A DNA stretch of 64,000 nt from Nitrosopumilaceae archaeon (GCA_965208905.1 OZ242365.1:992001-1056000); one strand, 5' to 3'; shown: positions 20,851 to 32,214, numbered from the stretch's first letter. Translations and numbers: made by a program. The notes: generated by a model from the sequence alone, not told the origin.

Positions 20851-21389
20851 AAGCCAAAGTCAAAGTCGCCGCCACCAAAGCCGTTGTCGACTCCCACATC
20901 TCCCATGTCACTGCCCGCATCACCGCCAGCATCGCCGGTGTCAAAGCCTTCTGGAATGCTCTCGGCCGGTACATAATCGGTCATAGTGGCTCCCATCATA
21001 CTGAACATCATACTGAACATCATGATATCCATTATGCCAAAGAACATCATCATGGGCAGAAATGAACGGTTCCCATCCATCATATCTTGTAGACCCTTCT
21101 TGTCTTTTGTCTGGTAGAGTTGTTGCATGCGTCCCCACTTTTCGCGTGCTTCATAGAGGCGGTTGTCCAACTCGTTGGAACCCTTGTCGGTAATCAGTAT
21201 TTCTATCTTTTTACCCAACCAACTCTTCTTTGTTACCACCATTATGTGGCCTAGTTTTTCAAGTCGTGAGAGTATGCCTTCAAGCTCGTCCGGTTTGATA
21301 TTTGTCGCCCTCTGTATCTTGTTAAAGTTCTTCTTACCTTGCCTTATGGCTCCTAGAACTATTACCTCGGTTGGTTCTGTATCCATCAA
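20847..21389 (-). CDS. Winged-helix protein with Met/Gly-rich C-terminus
   Basis: MarR-like N-terminal wHTH (LITDKG). Confidence 0.6.
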   Translation of the reverse strand: MMDTEPTEVIVLGAIRQGKKNFNKIQRATNIKPDELEGILSRLEKLGHIMVVTKKSWLGKKIEILITDKGSNELDNRLYEAREKWGRMQQLYQTKDKKGLQDMMDGNRSFLPMMMFFGIMDIMMFSMMFSMMGATMTDYVPAESIPEGFDTGDAGGDAGSDMGDVGVDNGFGGGDFDFGF

Positions 21390-21636
21390 TACACCATATT
21401 TTGTCCTATCTTAAAAATTTTTTTCGCAACTTACTGTTGTGCATGTCTTGTACATTCTGCTGCGTATACACACAAGACGCACAATCATTAGATGTATAGT
21501 TGCACACTACAAAATTACATAGGTGATTATGCAGAAGCCTAATGACGGCAAACACCGGCTTGCATTATCCGACCATCGGATTCAATGACGCATGTCTGTT
21601 CGGATCAATCCGGCCATCCCTTCCTCCAACCCCTTC

Positions 21637-23098
21637 GGAGCTTATGCGATCAAACCAAAGTACTTTACTTTAAATATTCGTAATTGCCCATATAGGTATG
21701 TCCACAATAACACGCACAATACATGTGGCGCACAACAACGGGCAACTCCTGGGAGGTCTTCTGCACTACATACTCGCCGCGTCCAACGGTACCGCCAAGG
21801 CACTCCGTAGGGGCGTGCGGGGCAAGGAACTGAGGCGCAGGGCGGTACACCACACACGTGTGTATCAAACACGCTTTGCCGACTACATTGTATTGGATGT
21901 ATTTGGAAGTCACAAGGCATGGCGTACAAAGCAATTGACGGATAAACATGCCCGCGCGCCGCACTTTCGTAATCCGGTGGCGCAGACCGACATATTTGAG
22001 TTGGCATTTGATGATACATCAAAACGGTGGAACGGCACGCCGTCAATCCATGTAGCAGTATATGGAACGGGTCGGCAGAATAGGTCGTGGATGGTATTTC
22101 CGGTACCGCCATATGTCGTAAATGAGCTTGGCAGGCCAAACAGGACACCCAAAACCGTATCCATAAACAGGGATGAGATATTCATCACGTATCGGGAAAA
22201 TGTGCAGGATAGTAAAGCCGTAATGTGGGCAGGTGTGGATATGAATGCAAAGAACAACGCGTATTCATTCACTGATGGTACGGTAACTATTGTGGGCAAC
22301 CGAAATGGGAGTGAGTACAACAGGGCGTGTAGCAGGATATTGAAGGTGAGGCGGCGGAACGATGACCGCATCATGACAAAGTATACGGGAAAGGCATGGA
22401 AAACATACGGGAACCGCATACGCAATGATGTACATGTGGAGGCCAAAAGGTTGGCCAATGCGCGGTGTGTCGTAGGGTTTGAGACGCTGAACATCCACAA
22501 TCTGTACAACAAAAATGGTAAAATGTCGCCATATGTCCGCGGCAAGACGAAAGCGACGCTGAATACCGGCCAGAGGCAGGCTGCCCTCAAGAACGCGGCA
22601 GAGTCCGCGGGGCTACCAAGTGTGGGCGTTGAGCCGCGCAACACGTCTGCCAAATGCCACAAGTGTGGCGGAAGACTGGCGTTTCACAGTAAACGGAGCG
22701 GCGAGGTGCCGCTGCGCAACATGCGCTGCGGGGGTGTGTGCAGGGCAATGCGGGAGAGGGATGCCAACGCCAGCACCAACATATTATTGCTTACAATACG
22801 GAAATTAATGGGTGATTCTGTCGTTTCGACTGGAACCATCACGACGTCCGAGCTGCTGCAACTACTCAAAGTGGTGGTTGCCAATCGCACAGTCCCGCAT
22901 CGTAAGAAATTAATCGACATCATGCGGCTCTTAGAGGGTCGTAGCGCAAACACCTTGTGGTGTTTGTCGGGGGCGCACAAACCAAAACACCGTAATTACG
23001 TCGACGGTGACTCCATGGGTGTATTTGGGGTGGGCGATGCCGGCCGGAACGGTCCGGGGCCGCCCAATGCTGCCAAGTTGTGATTATGCATAATCTCT
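21637..23098 (+). mobile_element. TIR-type tnpB element E2 (same family as E5; ends degenerate)
   Basis: Left end GGAGCTTATGCGATCAAACCA aligns with the E5 end AGAGTTTATGCGTAATCGAATCA; right end ATTATGCATAATCTCT; no clear TSD. Confidence 0.65.
21698..23083 (+). CDS. tnpB: TnpB-like RNA-guided nuclease
   Basis: RuvC-I GVDMN, RuvC-II GFETL, NTSAKCHKC..CGGVC and RuvC-III RERDANAS; full-length paralogue of 36511-37914. Confidence 0.85.
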   Translation: MSTITRTIHVAHNNGQLLGGLLHYILAASNGTAKALRRGVRGKELRRRAVHHTRVYQTRFADYIVLDVFGSHKAWRTKQLTDKHARAPHFRNPVAQTDIFELAFDDTSKRWNGTPSIHVAVYGTGRQNRSWMVFPVPPYVVNELGRPNRTPKTVSINRDEIFITYRENVQDSKAVMWAGVDMNAKNNAYSFTDGTVTIVGNRNGSEYNRACSRILKVRRRNDDRIMTKYTGKAWKTYGNRIRNDVHVEAKRLANARCVVGFETLNIHNLYNKNGKMSPYVRGKTKATLNTGQRQAALKNAAESAGLPSVGVEPRNTSAKCHKCGGRLAFHSKRSGEVPLRNMRCGGVCRAMRERDANASTNILLLTIRKLMGDSVVSTGTITTSELLQLLKVVVANRTVPHRKKLIDIMRLLEGRSANTLWCLSGAHKPKHRNYVDGDSMGVFGVGDAGRNGPGPPNAAKL

Positions 23099-23128
23099 AA
23101 TAAATATGGTAAGAGTCTTGTTGCCATA

Positions 23129-24034
23129 ATGAAGTCTATGGAGGCATATATCAAAGATCTAAAACAACAGTATGTAGAGATTGGAGATTTTACAGCGCCG
23201 CCACCGCTATCAGATACACAGATGGCAGATGCGATATTCACAGGTAGTGGAGACTCGTTGGCGGCGGCCATGTTGGCCGAAGCGTTATCAAATTATACAG
23301 CCAAAGCAGTAGACCCTTTGGAGATACTATACAATCCACAGATTGTACAAAACAAGAGATTGTATGTAATATCCGTATCTGGCAGAACAATAACCAACAT
23401 ACGACTGGCTCAAAGATATACAAGTAATCACATTACTGCCATAACCACCAATACTGGTAGCGAGCTGGCATTACTGGCAGACGACATAATTGAGTTAAAG
23501 TTTCCCAGCTCAGACATACTGACTGCAGGCAGCATCAGTTTTTTGAATAGTGCTCTTGTGTGCATGTCTTTGGTGCGTCCCATAATTTTAGATGATGCAG
23601 TAAATATAATGAACCAGGCCAAAAGAGATGCAGGTACAATACACCAGAGGGGACGTACATTCTTTGTAGGCAATCAGTATACGTTTCCAGTAGCCATGTA
23701 TGCGGCTGCCAAAAGTTATGAAATACGTGGCAGATACGCAAACTACTCCCGGGCAGAACAGTTCGCCCACATGGAGTTGTTCTCGATAAAAAGCAGTGAC
23801 ACAGTCATACTATTTGATGAACTAAATTCCCGTACACGCTCTTTAGCAGAGTCATTAGAGTCTGAGGGAGTACAATGTGTAGTGACAAACCCCAATCTTT
23901 CAGAGCATGTAGAGTCCATACTGTATCATGTGTCTTATGCGCAGCATCTGCCGCTAAACGATATAGAGCAGGACGAGGTATACTTTATGAGGGAAGATAC
24001 ACTCAGAGGCATCAGTGATGAGGCCATCTATTGA
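23129..24034 (+). CDS. SIS-domain sugar isomerase-like protein
   Basis: TGSGDS and ISVSGRT; two SIS domains. Confidence 0.8.
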   Translation: MKSMEAYIKDLKQQYVEIGDFTAPPPLSDTQMADAIFTGSGDSLAAAMLAEALSNYTAKAVDPLEILYNPQIVQNKRLYVISVSGRTITNIRLAQRYTSNHITAITTNTGSELALLADDIIELKFPSSDILTAGSISFLNSALVCMSLVRPIILDDAVNIMNQAKRDAGTIHQRGRTFFVGNQYTFPVAMYAAAKSYEIRGRYANYSRAEQFAHMELFSIKSSDTVILFDELNSRTRSLAESLESEGVQCVVTNPNLSEHVESILYHVSYAQHLPLNDIEQDEVYFMREDTLRGISDEAIY

Positions 24035-24393
24035 TTGTGAGGAAGTTTATTCAACGCATCAGTAACACTTGATAGGCACCATCGAATATCATCCGCATCC
24101 TGATCAGATATATTATTATCCCATCTCTCCAGTGTGATACGGACGGCCTCTGCCAAGCCACTTAAAAGTCGCCAATATGGATGGTGTTCAGCCACAGTAT
24201 ACGTCATCTCTTCAATGTGGCGCAGACCATATATGGCCTCTTTCAATGAGGAGACATCAGTACCATATATGGTAAATATGTCAGCGTCCGCATATTTAGA
24301 GGACCTAACAGTCGCGCAAGATCTGTCCAGCTGTTCTTTTACACGTACGCATGTATCATCAAAGTTATTCAATGTATAATGTGATGTGTACAT
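24028..24393 (-). CDS. Hypothetical protein
   Basis: 121-aa ORF convergent on the SIS gene. Confidence 0.55.
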   Translation of the reverse strand: MYTSHYTLNNFDDTCVRVKEQLDRSCATVRSSKYADADIFTIYGTDVSSLKEAIYGLRHIEEMTYTVAEHHPYWRLLSGLAEAVRITLERWDNNISDQDADDIRWCLSSVTDALNKLPHNQ

Positions 24394-24599
24394 CTAGGAG
24401 TATATTTTGTTTGCAGTACAAATCAAAGTCCACTACAACAGACATAGTCACCCTAAACGATACAAAGGCTGTGATACAAAATTATAATGAATTTGTATAT
24501 TATGATCGCTCATCTGTTGAGTGTTGGGGGTAAGTGAAGCCCCGCACCAAGCAGGTATAGTCGAAAAAGATCTGTATTGGTAGATCCCTCCATACCTCC

Positions 24600-25180
24600 A
24601 TGGCGTGTAGCGAGATGCAAAAACAAAAAGAATCCGGCCCCCTGTTGCTCCTGCTGGCATTGTTTGTCGATATGGCGGCTACAGCCGAGCTGTTCAGGAC
24701 GGTCCGGTGGGCCAACGGCCTGTTCTGCCCGCGTTGCGGCGGGGTTGATATCGTCTGGTACTGCCGATACCATGGATACGTCCGGAGGCACACATGCAAG
24801 GGCTGCCGCCGGACCTTCAACTACAAGACCGGAACTATTCTTCACTACCGGCATGTCCGGATGGGAGACTGGATGCTAGCGGTCTGAATGTTCCTGTGCG
24901 GGCAGCCCAACGGGATATCGCTAAACTACATTGCAACTTCGATAGGCCGCGCCTACGGGGCCGTCTGCCAGATGTACCGCGACATCATGCGGAAGGTGGG
25001 CGAGCTGCCGGAGGGCAAGCTGTCCGGGACGGGAGAGACCGATGAGGGATACACCAGGGCCGACTCCAAGGGGGTGTCACTGGGCAGCAACGGCGAGAAC
25101 CGGACTGTTCCCAGCCGCCGCCGGCTGCCCCGCGGTCCGGGGAGGGGCACCTTCGAGAAGAACACGCCGATGGTTACCAT
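24600..25180 (+). pseudogene. IS1595-family transposase pseudogene
   Basis: RW..G..CPRC..CKGCRRTF Zn ribbon, in-frame TGA at 24885-24887, ETDEGY (first DDE Asp); truncated after KNTPMV. Confidence 0.85.
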
Positions 25181-25454
25181 CTTGACAGTAACCAGAGTAT
25201 ACGCTTTAAGTCTTCGATTTTATAGTCTGCCAGATAGTCTGACCCCTGCTTTACCTGTATAGCCTTTGGCATGGGGGTTCAGGGGGAGGATCTAAACGTT
25301 TCGGTTTATTCTAAAAACTTGGGATACCATATCAAACGGCTCAGTGTATGTAAACGATCCTAATTCAACAAATTTTTATCCGAATCCTTTTTCAAATCAC
25401 TACACACACTGCCTATCACTACCTTTAAATGTGTATTTTAAGCAGTGTAATAGC

Positions 25455-26729
25455 GTGACTGCTAACGATCCATTTGAGAGTGCTACAAAGGAGCTCAATG
25501 ATGCTTGTGATATATTGGGAATTGATGACTCTGGCGTAAGAGAGTATTTGGCTACACCCAACAGGGTGATGCGAGTAAAGGTACCGGTTGTAATGGATGA
25601 TGGTAAACTGCGAGTATTTACTGGGTTTAGGAGTCAACACAACAATGACCGTGGACCATACAAAGGTGGTATTCGCTTTTTAGATCCCCAAGGCGGCATA
25701 CAGTACATAGAACGTGAAGTGATGGCGCTGTCTGCATGGATGACTTGGAAGACTGCTTTGGTTGACGTTCCTCTAGGTGGAGGCAAGGGAGCTGTCTATG
25801 TCAACCCAAAGACTGAAAATCTCAGTAGCGGGGAACTTGCGAGAATGACCCGTAGATTTGCATTTGAGATATCTGAGATATTGGGTCCGAACAAAGACAT
25901 TCCCGCACCTGATGTCTATACCACCGGAAATGAGATGGCTGAGATCATGGATGTGTATGGAAAGCTCAACAACAAGACACATCAACCCGGAGTGATAACT
26001 GGAAAACCGATAAACATGGGCGGCTCGCAGGCGCGCAACGTCGCCACTGGTCTGGGCACTGCGTACTGTGTACGTCGGGCAGCCAAAAAGACCGGCATGA
26101 GTCTAAAGGGATCCAGTGTGGTACTACAAGGCTTTGGAAACGCATCCACCTTTGCAGGCGAGTATCTTGAAGAGATGGGCTGCGTAGTGAAAGGTGCCTC
26201 AGACACAAAGGGCAGCATACTGATTGCCGATGGTGCAAAGATGTCTGACTTGGAAAGGCACAAAAATGAGACGGGTACTGTAGTTGGGTTCCCAAATAGT
26301 GAAAAAGTAGAGACTGCACAACTATTGACTGCTGACTGCGATGTCTTGATTCCCGGGGCCCTTGAAAACCAGATTACCACTGATATAGCTGAAGATATCA
26401 AATGCAAAATTATAGGCGAGGCTGCTAACGGCCCCACTCTACCTGATGCCGACCCAATATTGTTCGAGAAGGGCGTTCAGGTTATACCCGACATACTCGC
26501 AAATGCCGGTGGAGTCACAGTATCATACTATGAGTGGGTTCAAAACAACATGGGGTATTATTGGTCATTTGATGAGGTGGCCTCTAAGATGGAAGCACAC
26601 CTTATTCGTGGATTCGATGACTCATATGACATCTCTTTAGACAAGAAGGTAGACATGCGACGTGCTACAATGTCTGTCGCTGTCAAAAGAGTCTATGATG
26701 CCTTTATGACAAGAGGCATTTGGCCTTAG
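25455..26729 (+). CDS. gdhA: Glutamate dehydrogenase
   Basis: GPYKGGIRF, GGGKG, DIPAPD, GFGN and PDILANAGGV; GTG start chosen. Confidence 0.95.
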   Translation: MTANDPFESATKELNDACDILGIDDSGVREYLATPNRVMRVKVPVVMDDGKLRVFTGFRSQHNNDRGPYKGGIRFLDPQGGIQYIEREVMALSAWMTWKTALVDVPLGGGKGAVYVNPKTENLSSGELARMTRRFAFEISEILGPNKDIPAPDVYTTGNEMAEIMDVYGKLNNKTHQPGVITGKPINMGGSQARNVATGLGTAYCVRRAAKKTGMSLKGSSVVLQGFGNASTFAGEYLEEMGCVVKGASDTKGSILIADGAKMSDLERHKNETGTVVGFPNSEKVETAQLLTADCDVLIPGALENQITTDIAEDIKCKIIGEAANGPTLPDADPILFEKGVQVIPDILANAGGVTVSYYEWVQNNMGYYWSFDEVASKMEAHLIRGFDDSYDISLDKKVDMRRATMSVAVKRVYDAFMTRGIWP

Positions 26730-26801
26730 ATGCATATGATCATCTGACGTAAACTACATTAGTACAATATATGGTATATTGGGAGTTGTTTATGATGCAA
26801 C

Positions 26802-28516
26802 GGGTGTGTCCCACAGGTAAATATCCAAAAACAGTGAATGGTGTATGCCAATAACGGGAATCAAATATTAAATAGTAAAACATAGTATAGTACTCTATAA
26901 AAAGACGATGTGGTGACACCGTAGCAGTATCAATGCCACACGGCAAGGTGTACAATCCTGCAAAATTCCGTGAACTAACAGGGTCTCGCAGACCACCCAA
27001 ATACGACCCAGATGATATACTGGCATCCGCTTTACAATATGCAGTACACAAGACCGGCCTGGGGTATCATCTGTGGTCTGAGTTCATCAGGGATTTTCCA
27101 AAAGTGCGGGAAGCGTATAGTGGTGGAGAATTAAAAGAGTATGATGCCGGGGTTAAGAAGATATACAGATTGCTCAAGCACCGTGATAATAAATACATGG
27201 CGCAGTTCGCGTTAACTATGAAAGATGAGTGTGAGGCTAAAGTGCGTGCATACTGTATAAGACGTGCGCAAGACCCCAACGCGCGGCGGCCAAAATGCAC
27301 CAACCCAATACTGCGGCAGAATGCTGGGTCTTGTAGGATATATGGTCAAGGTTTTCGATGTAGGTTATCTGACGCACCGAATAAACCACTACATTCATCA
27401 CCATACGTGGTACTGCGATTTCCAATAATCCCACATAAACATACCATGGAGGTACAACTCACGCCCTACATGGTGGAAAAACTAGCTACTGCCGTAAGTG
27501 TGGGGGCCGTTACCGTGACAGATAAGACCATATCTATAGCATATGAGCCGCAACCCATCACACCAGTACAACCCAAAGGTATCACAGGTATGGATGTCAA
27601 CAAAGTACAGCATGTTACGGCTGACACTAACGGGAGTGTAGAGCGTGTTCCAAATATGGCGCTTGAAGCCGCTCAGACACGACGGCAGAAACTCGCGAAT
27701 TTAGGAGTAACTGGCGGCAAACCGAAGAGTAAACAATCCCAAAAACCAAAGAAGCGTACTCTGCCAAAGCACGTCAAACACGTAGGCCGTAGGCCGAAGA
27801 ATAAAAAGCGTCATGATGAACGTGTGAGTCGTTGTGAACGCGCCCACATAAACACCAGATACAACAATCAAAAGAAGGACTGGTTGTTCAAATTAATGCA
27901 TGGGTTGGCTTCCCTGGGCTTTGTGTTGGCGTTGGAGGAGCCAACCATCGACAGGATGATGAAAAAGAGTAACAAGAATATGTCAAACGAGACGCGCGAC
28001 TTGTTGAAGATGGGGCTGAGTCAGGGTATAATATGGGCGGTGGCTAAAAGCGTATACGGAAAGCATGGTCTTCCCGTGATTGGTGTTGTTGCCAAAGGTA
28101 CTAGTTCTACATGTCCCACATGTAATGGAAAGTTATGGGAGCCAGAGTACGGCATGAAAATATGGAAAAAGTGGAGGCGTATTAAGGGGTGTGGGGTTTG
28201 TTTATATCATATCGACAGGGATGATGTCGCAGCCATCAATATTGTACGGCGCGGCATCCTCAAGTATTGTAAACCGGCAGCCGATTCTAATCGGTGGGTG
28301 GCCGGGGATTGGGAGCAGTTGGTCCAACCATTATTGGACCATACGGTCTTGTGGTTTCCGCAGGACCGTGAAGGGCGGCATCCTAAAGGGGAGGTGATGA
28401 ACTCAATGAGTGATGATTTACCATCCCTGGACGACCACCTGGATGTATCCAATTGTGCTGCTGGTGTAGCGCTGCCGGAGGAGACTCCGGTGGCTTTATA
28501 CTAGTGGGACACACCC
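26802..28516 (+). mobile_element. TIR element carrying only tnpB (element E3), 9-bp TSD
   Basis: Perfect 13-bp TIR GGGTGTGTCCCAC (26802-26814 / 28504-28516); exact TSD TGATGCAAC (26793-26801 / 28517-28525). Confidence 0.92.
26933..28504 (+). CDS. tnpB: Large (523 aa) TnpB-like nuclease
   Basis: RuvC-I GMDVN, RuvC-II LALEEP, TSSTCPTC..CGVC and RuvC-III DRDDVAA; basic insertion after RuvC-I. Confidence 0.85.
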   Translation: MPHGKVYNPAKFRELTGSRRPPKYDPDDILASALQYAVHKTGLGYHLWSEFIRDFPKVREAYSGGELKEYDAGVKKIYRLLKHRDNKYMAQFALTMKDECEAKVRAYCIRRAQDPNARRPKCTNPILRQNAGSCRIYGQGFRCRLSDAPNKPLHSSPYVVLRFPIIPHKHTMEVQLTPYMVEKLATAVSVGAVTVTDKTISIAYEPQPITPVQPKGITGMDVNKVQHVTADTNGSVERVPNMALEAAQTRRQKLANLGVTGGKPKSKQSQKPKKRTLPKHVKHVGRRPKNKKRHDERVSRCERAHINTRYNNQKKDWLFKLMHGLASLGFVLALEEPTIDRMMKKSNKNMSNETRDLLKMGLSQGIIWAVAKSVYGKHGLPVIGVVAKGTSSTCPTCNGKLWEPEYGMKIWKKWRRIKGCGVCLYHIDRDDVAAINIVRRGILKYCKPAADSNRWVAGDWEQLVQPLLDHTVLWFPQDREGRHPKGEVMNSMSDDLPSLDDHLDVSNCAAGVALPEETPVALY

Positions 28517-28585
28517 TGATGCAACTCTGACTATTAAAGGCCCCCGCATTGGGTGTTTGTTATGATATGATATGATATGGTACAT

Positions 28586-29125
28586 CTAGGCGAGACCCTC
28601 ATCTTTGAGCTCTTTGGACTCGGCTAGAACTTGGTTGTATCTCTGCTCTTTGTATCTTTTTAGTGCTTCACGTATGTGACTAAACTCGTTTCCCAGAATC
28701 ATGGCTGCATATATACCTGCACTCTTTGCCTTGTTTACGCCCATCGTCCCCACCGGCGAACCTGACGGCATCTCAGATATGGATAACAAAGCATCTAGGC
28801 CACCAAAAGCTGAGAACCTGCCGCCAGGACCCTTGTCTGCATATACCAGTATGGGAACACCTATCACCGGTATTGTGGTGAACGATGATATCATACCTGG
28901 CAGATGCGCTGCCCCACCAGCCCCTGCTATTATTACACGAAGCCCCAACTCCTCTGCGTGTTTGGCGTACTCCTGTAGTCGAGTTGGTGTGCGGTGCGCC
29001 GAGACTATCTGGTCTTCATGTGGTATATCAAATGAGTCGAGCACTTCGGCAGCCTCTCGCATAATCCGACGATCCGATGAGGACCCCATTATGATTCCTA
29101 CCAATGCTGTGTTATTGTTAGCCAT
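28586..29125 (-). CDS. purE: N5-CAIR mutase
   Basis: IIMGSSSD, SAHRTP and AGAGGAAHLPG. Confidence 0.95.
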   Translation of the reverse strand: MANNNTALVGIIMGSSSDRRIMREAAEVLDSFDIPHEDQIVSAHRTPTRLQEYAKHAEELGLRVIIAGAGGAAHLPGMISSFTTIPVIGVPILVYADKGPGGRFSAFGGLDALLSISEMPSGSPVGTMGVNKAKSAGIYAAMILGNEFSHIREALKRYKEQRYNQVLAESKELKDEGLA

Positions 29126-29209
29126 TATACCGACATACAAACTGATACGTATTAACCATGCTGTCCAAAATCAGTATATATTTTTAGAGTTGAGTTTTTT
29201 TGTTGTACT

Positions 29210-30352
29210 ATGAGTAAGGTATTGGGAGTTATAGGCGGGGGTCAACTAGGCATGATGCTCACGCAGGCAAGCTCTCGCATGAGTGATATATCCAAAGTAA
29301 TAGTACTAGACCCCACAGAGGGTTGCCCTGCAGCGCAAGTTGGCGCAGAACAGATACAGGCTTCATTTGATGATGCTACCGCCATAAAAAAACTAGCCTC
29401 ACTATCTGATGTCATAACATACGAGATAGAGTCTGGTGACAGCTACGTTTTAGAGTCTCTACAGGATGTTGCGGAGATAAACCCATCACCGCAGACCCTG
29501 CGCATAATACAAGACAAATATACACAGAAAGAGTTCTTGTCTCAAAATAACATACCTGCCCCGGACTTTGCCATGATATCATCATACGATGATATAGTAT
29601 CTGCTGCCTCAAAGTTTGGTTATCCTATACTCTTAAAGGCCCGAAGAGGCGGATATGATGGCCGGGGAAACTACAAAGTAGACTCTATACGCGACATACA
29701 AAGAGCTCTAGACTATTTTGGTGATACACCATTAATGGCAGAAGAGTTTGTGCCATATGTGATGGAGATATCCGTTATAATATCTCGAAACATATCTGGG
29801 CAAATTGAACACTATCCCGCCGTTGAGAACATTCATGAACACAACATACTGCGCCAGACCATATCGCCTGCCCGCATATCGCCAAGTCTGGCAGATAAAG
29901 CTGCTGATATAGCAATGAAGACTGTAAATGTACTTCAGGGAGCCGGAGTATTTGGGATAGAGATGTTCTTACTACCTGATGACACAATACTGATAAATGA
30001 GATCGCCCCCCGGGTCCACAACTCTGGCCATCACACAATGCATTCTGCAGCGACCTCCCAGTTTGAGCAGCATATACGTGCCGTATCGGGCATGGATTTG
30101 GGCAGTACCAAACTACATGGGCCTGCCGTTATGTATAACATACTGGGCCCACCAAACTTTACTGGCGAGTATATGTCCCCACAAATATCACATGATGCAT
30201 CGCATCTTGTCATGTATGGCAAAAAGATATCAAAACCCCTTCGAAAACTAGGCCACATCAACATACACGACAACAAAGAGTACACCGTATCACAACTGTT
30301 GGATATACTAGAGTCCATAAAACCACAGGCTGCTATCTCACCAATCTATTAA
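29210..30352 (+). CDS. purK: N5-CAIR synthetase
   Basis: GGGQLGMM, GGYDGRGN, NEIAPRVHNSGH and RKLGH. Confidence 0.95.
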   Translation: MSKVLGVIGGGQLGMMLTQASSRMSDISKVIVLDPTEGCPAAQVGAEQIQASFDDATAIKKLASLSDVITYEIESGDSYVLESLQDVAEINPSPQTLRIIQDKYTQKEFLSQNNIPAPDFAMISSYDDIVSAASKFGYPILLKARRGGYDGRGNYKVDSIRDIQRALDYFGDTPLMAEEFVPYVMEISVIISRNISGQIEHYPAVENIHEHNILRQTISPARISPSLADKAADIAMKTVNVLQGAGVFGIEMFLLPDDTILINEIAPRVHNSGHHTMHSAATSQFEQHIRAVSGMDLGSTKLHGPAVMYNILGPPNFTGEYMSPQISHDASHLVMYGKKISKPLRKLGHINIHDNKEYTVSQLLDILESIKPQAAISPIY

Positions 30353-30531
30353 TCAAACGATACACCACATAATCTCTCTTGTATTATGCGAATATTAGTG
30401 CCAGCCGACACATTTAGGCCAATACTTGATGTGTGATGCCACACAGTCTACAGTATGGGATTACTGCTCGCCAAGGACACTATACGCAGATGTGATGATT
30501 TATTAGTGAATTACCAACCAATTAAACTACA

Positions 30532-30918
30532 ATGGCTATTGTTGCAGGGTTTGTTATGGCATCTGTGGGGTTGGCCATGCTCATAATATATGGCGCCGAT
30601 GTGGCAGTTGGGGGTGGCGGCGCCGGTGATGGATTTCTCCCACTAGATGGAATGACAAGAGGCATAGGATTTGGTATGCCTCCCATAATACTTGCATTTG
30701 TGGCCTTCTTTATCACTCGTCAAGAAGCGTCTATACCTTTGGGCGTCATACTATTGGCGATTGGAATTTTGGTAATTGTAGGCGGTGCTCATACGGTGGC
30801 AAACGTTGATGCTGAATCTGCGGCTCGAGCCATGGGTGAGGGTGGCTCGCTTATCGGCGTAGGTGCTGTCATTGCAGTTCTGGGCGGAATAAAGATCAAA
30901 AAATCCACCTCTCTATAG
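30532..30918 (+). CDS. Hypothetical membrane protein (4 TM)
   Basis: Four hydrophobic segments. Confidence 0.65.
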   Translation: MAIVAGFVMASVGLAMLIIYGADVAVGGGGAGDGFLPLDGMTRGIGFGMPPIILAFVAFFITRQEASIPLGVILLAIGILVIVGGAHTVANVDAESAARAMGEGGSLIGVGAVIAVLGGIKIKKSTSL

Positions 30919-31039
30919 ATATGCCTACATGCGCAAAATGTCATAGTGTGGTACAAAAAGTATATGATTGTGATCACACAAAATACGCAGGTTACTGCAA
31001 GGAGTGTTATATGGAGCTACACTATACTCTCACAGAACC

Positions 31040-31558
31040 ATGAACTGGTTTGAGTCACTCATACAACCAATCTTGTCTACAATAGCCGAGAACGTCTATC
31101 CTGGTGTCTTCATCGCGGCATTTTTAGAGACTATACTGCCCCCAATACCCAGCGAGATAGTATTCCCTCTGGCCGGATACAGCATACTTACAGCTCAGAT
31201 GGCTTGGCCTCACATAATAGGTGTGGGGGTGGCTGGCGGAAGTGGAGCTACTTTGGGTGCGTATATAATATTTCTAGTCGCAAAGAAGGTGGGACGACTA
31301 GGACTACTAAAATACATGAACCGCATACGGCTTACTGAGTCAAAACTACTCCGGGCAGAGAGATGGTTTGCCAAATATGGCGACAAATCAGTTCTGATTG
31401 GACGATGCATTCCCGCAGTCCGTGAGTTGGTATCCATACCTGCTGGCATACTCAACATGAATAGTGTAAAGTTTTTGCTGTATACATTTGCTGGCTCATG
31501 CGCTTGGAGTACGGGCCTTACTGCCGTCGGTTACTACTTTGGCGTCGCTACACTCTAA
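31040..31558 (+). CDS. DedA-family membrane protein
   Basis: PPIPSEIV and GRCIPAVRELVSIPAG. Confidence 0.9.
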   Translation: MNWFESLIQPILSTIAENVYPGVFIAAFLETILPPIPSEIVFPLAGYSILTAQMAWPHIIGVGVAGGSGATLGAYIIFLVAKKVGRLGLLKYMNRIRLTESKLLRAERWFAKYGDKSVLIGRCIPAVRELVSIPAGILNMNSVKFLLYTFAGSCAWSTGLTAVGYYFGVATL

Positions 31559-32185
31559 TTCATTACAAGCATATCATTCTGTATTATACCCATGATGGGC
31601 ACATCCATCATACCCTCTAGACTTTTTTGTAGTACATCTATACTGTACCCATCATGGTGCATCTTGTTTAATATTATACCATCTAACTGCACATTCCTGA
31701 ATCTGCATACATGTACACTCATTATGCAATGATTGACTGCGCCTATCTTGTTGTCTGAGACTATGATGGCCGGCAGTCCCATGTCTCGGGCAAGATCCAT
31801 CATATAATAGTCGTGTAGTATGGGCACCATGCAACCACCCATGCCCTCGACCACCATCGCATCGAATCTGGACTCTAATGCTCTGTACTGTTGTATTATA
31901 TTCTGCGGGTCTGGCGAAGCATAACCCATCACACATCTGGTGTATGGCGATGCTTCCATCTCTTGATGATCTGGATTTATACTTGAATCTGGTATTACAC
32001 CTGCAGCTTTGGCAAGTATGTGGGCATCTTCAGATTTGGCACCGGTCTTGACGGACTTGCCTGCTGAATACGGCTTCATCACCCCCACACTCATACCTGA
32101 CTCTCTCAGATGCCTTATGATGCGTACTGCTGCATACGTCTTACCTATACCCGTATCTGTTCCCAATATGAAGACCGATCTCATA
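31555..32185 (-). CDS. bioD: Dethiobiotin synthase
   Basis: FILGTDTGIGKT, MKP, VVEGMGG and GAVNH; real start downstream of the ORF-track start. Confidence 0.9.
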
Positions 32186-32214
32186 CTACACATCACTGTA
32201 TGATGTTCTATATA

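Noticed and set aside
21522-21636. GGTGATTATGCAGAA as the left TIR of E2
   Set aside because: It resembles the right end but gives no TSD; alignment to E5 places the end at 21637. It may be a separate IS end.
26778-28566. Degenerate direct repeats ATTGGG.GTT..TTATGAT on both sides of E3, suggestive of a mini-array
   Set aside because: Only two imperfect 19-bp copies in AT-rich intergenic DNA; insufficient evidence.
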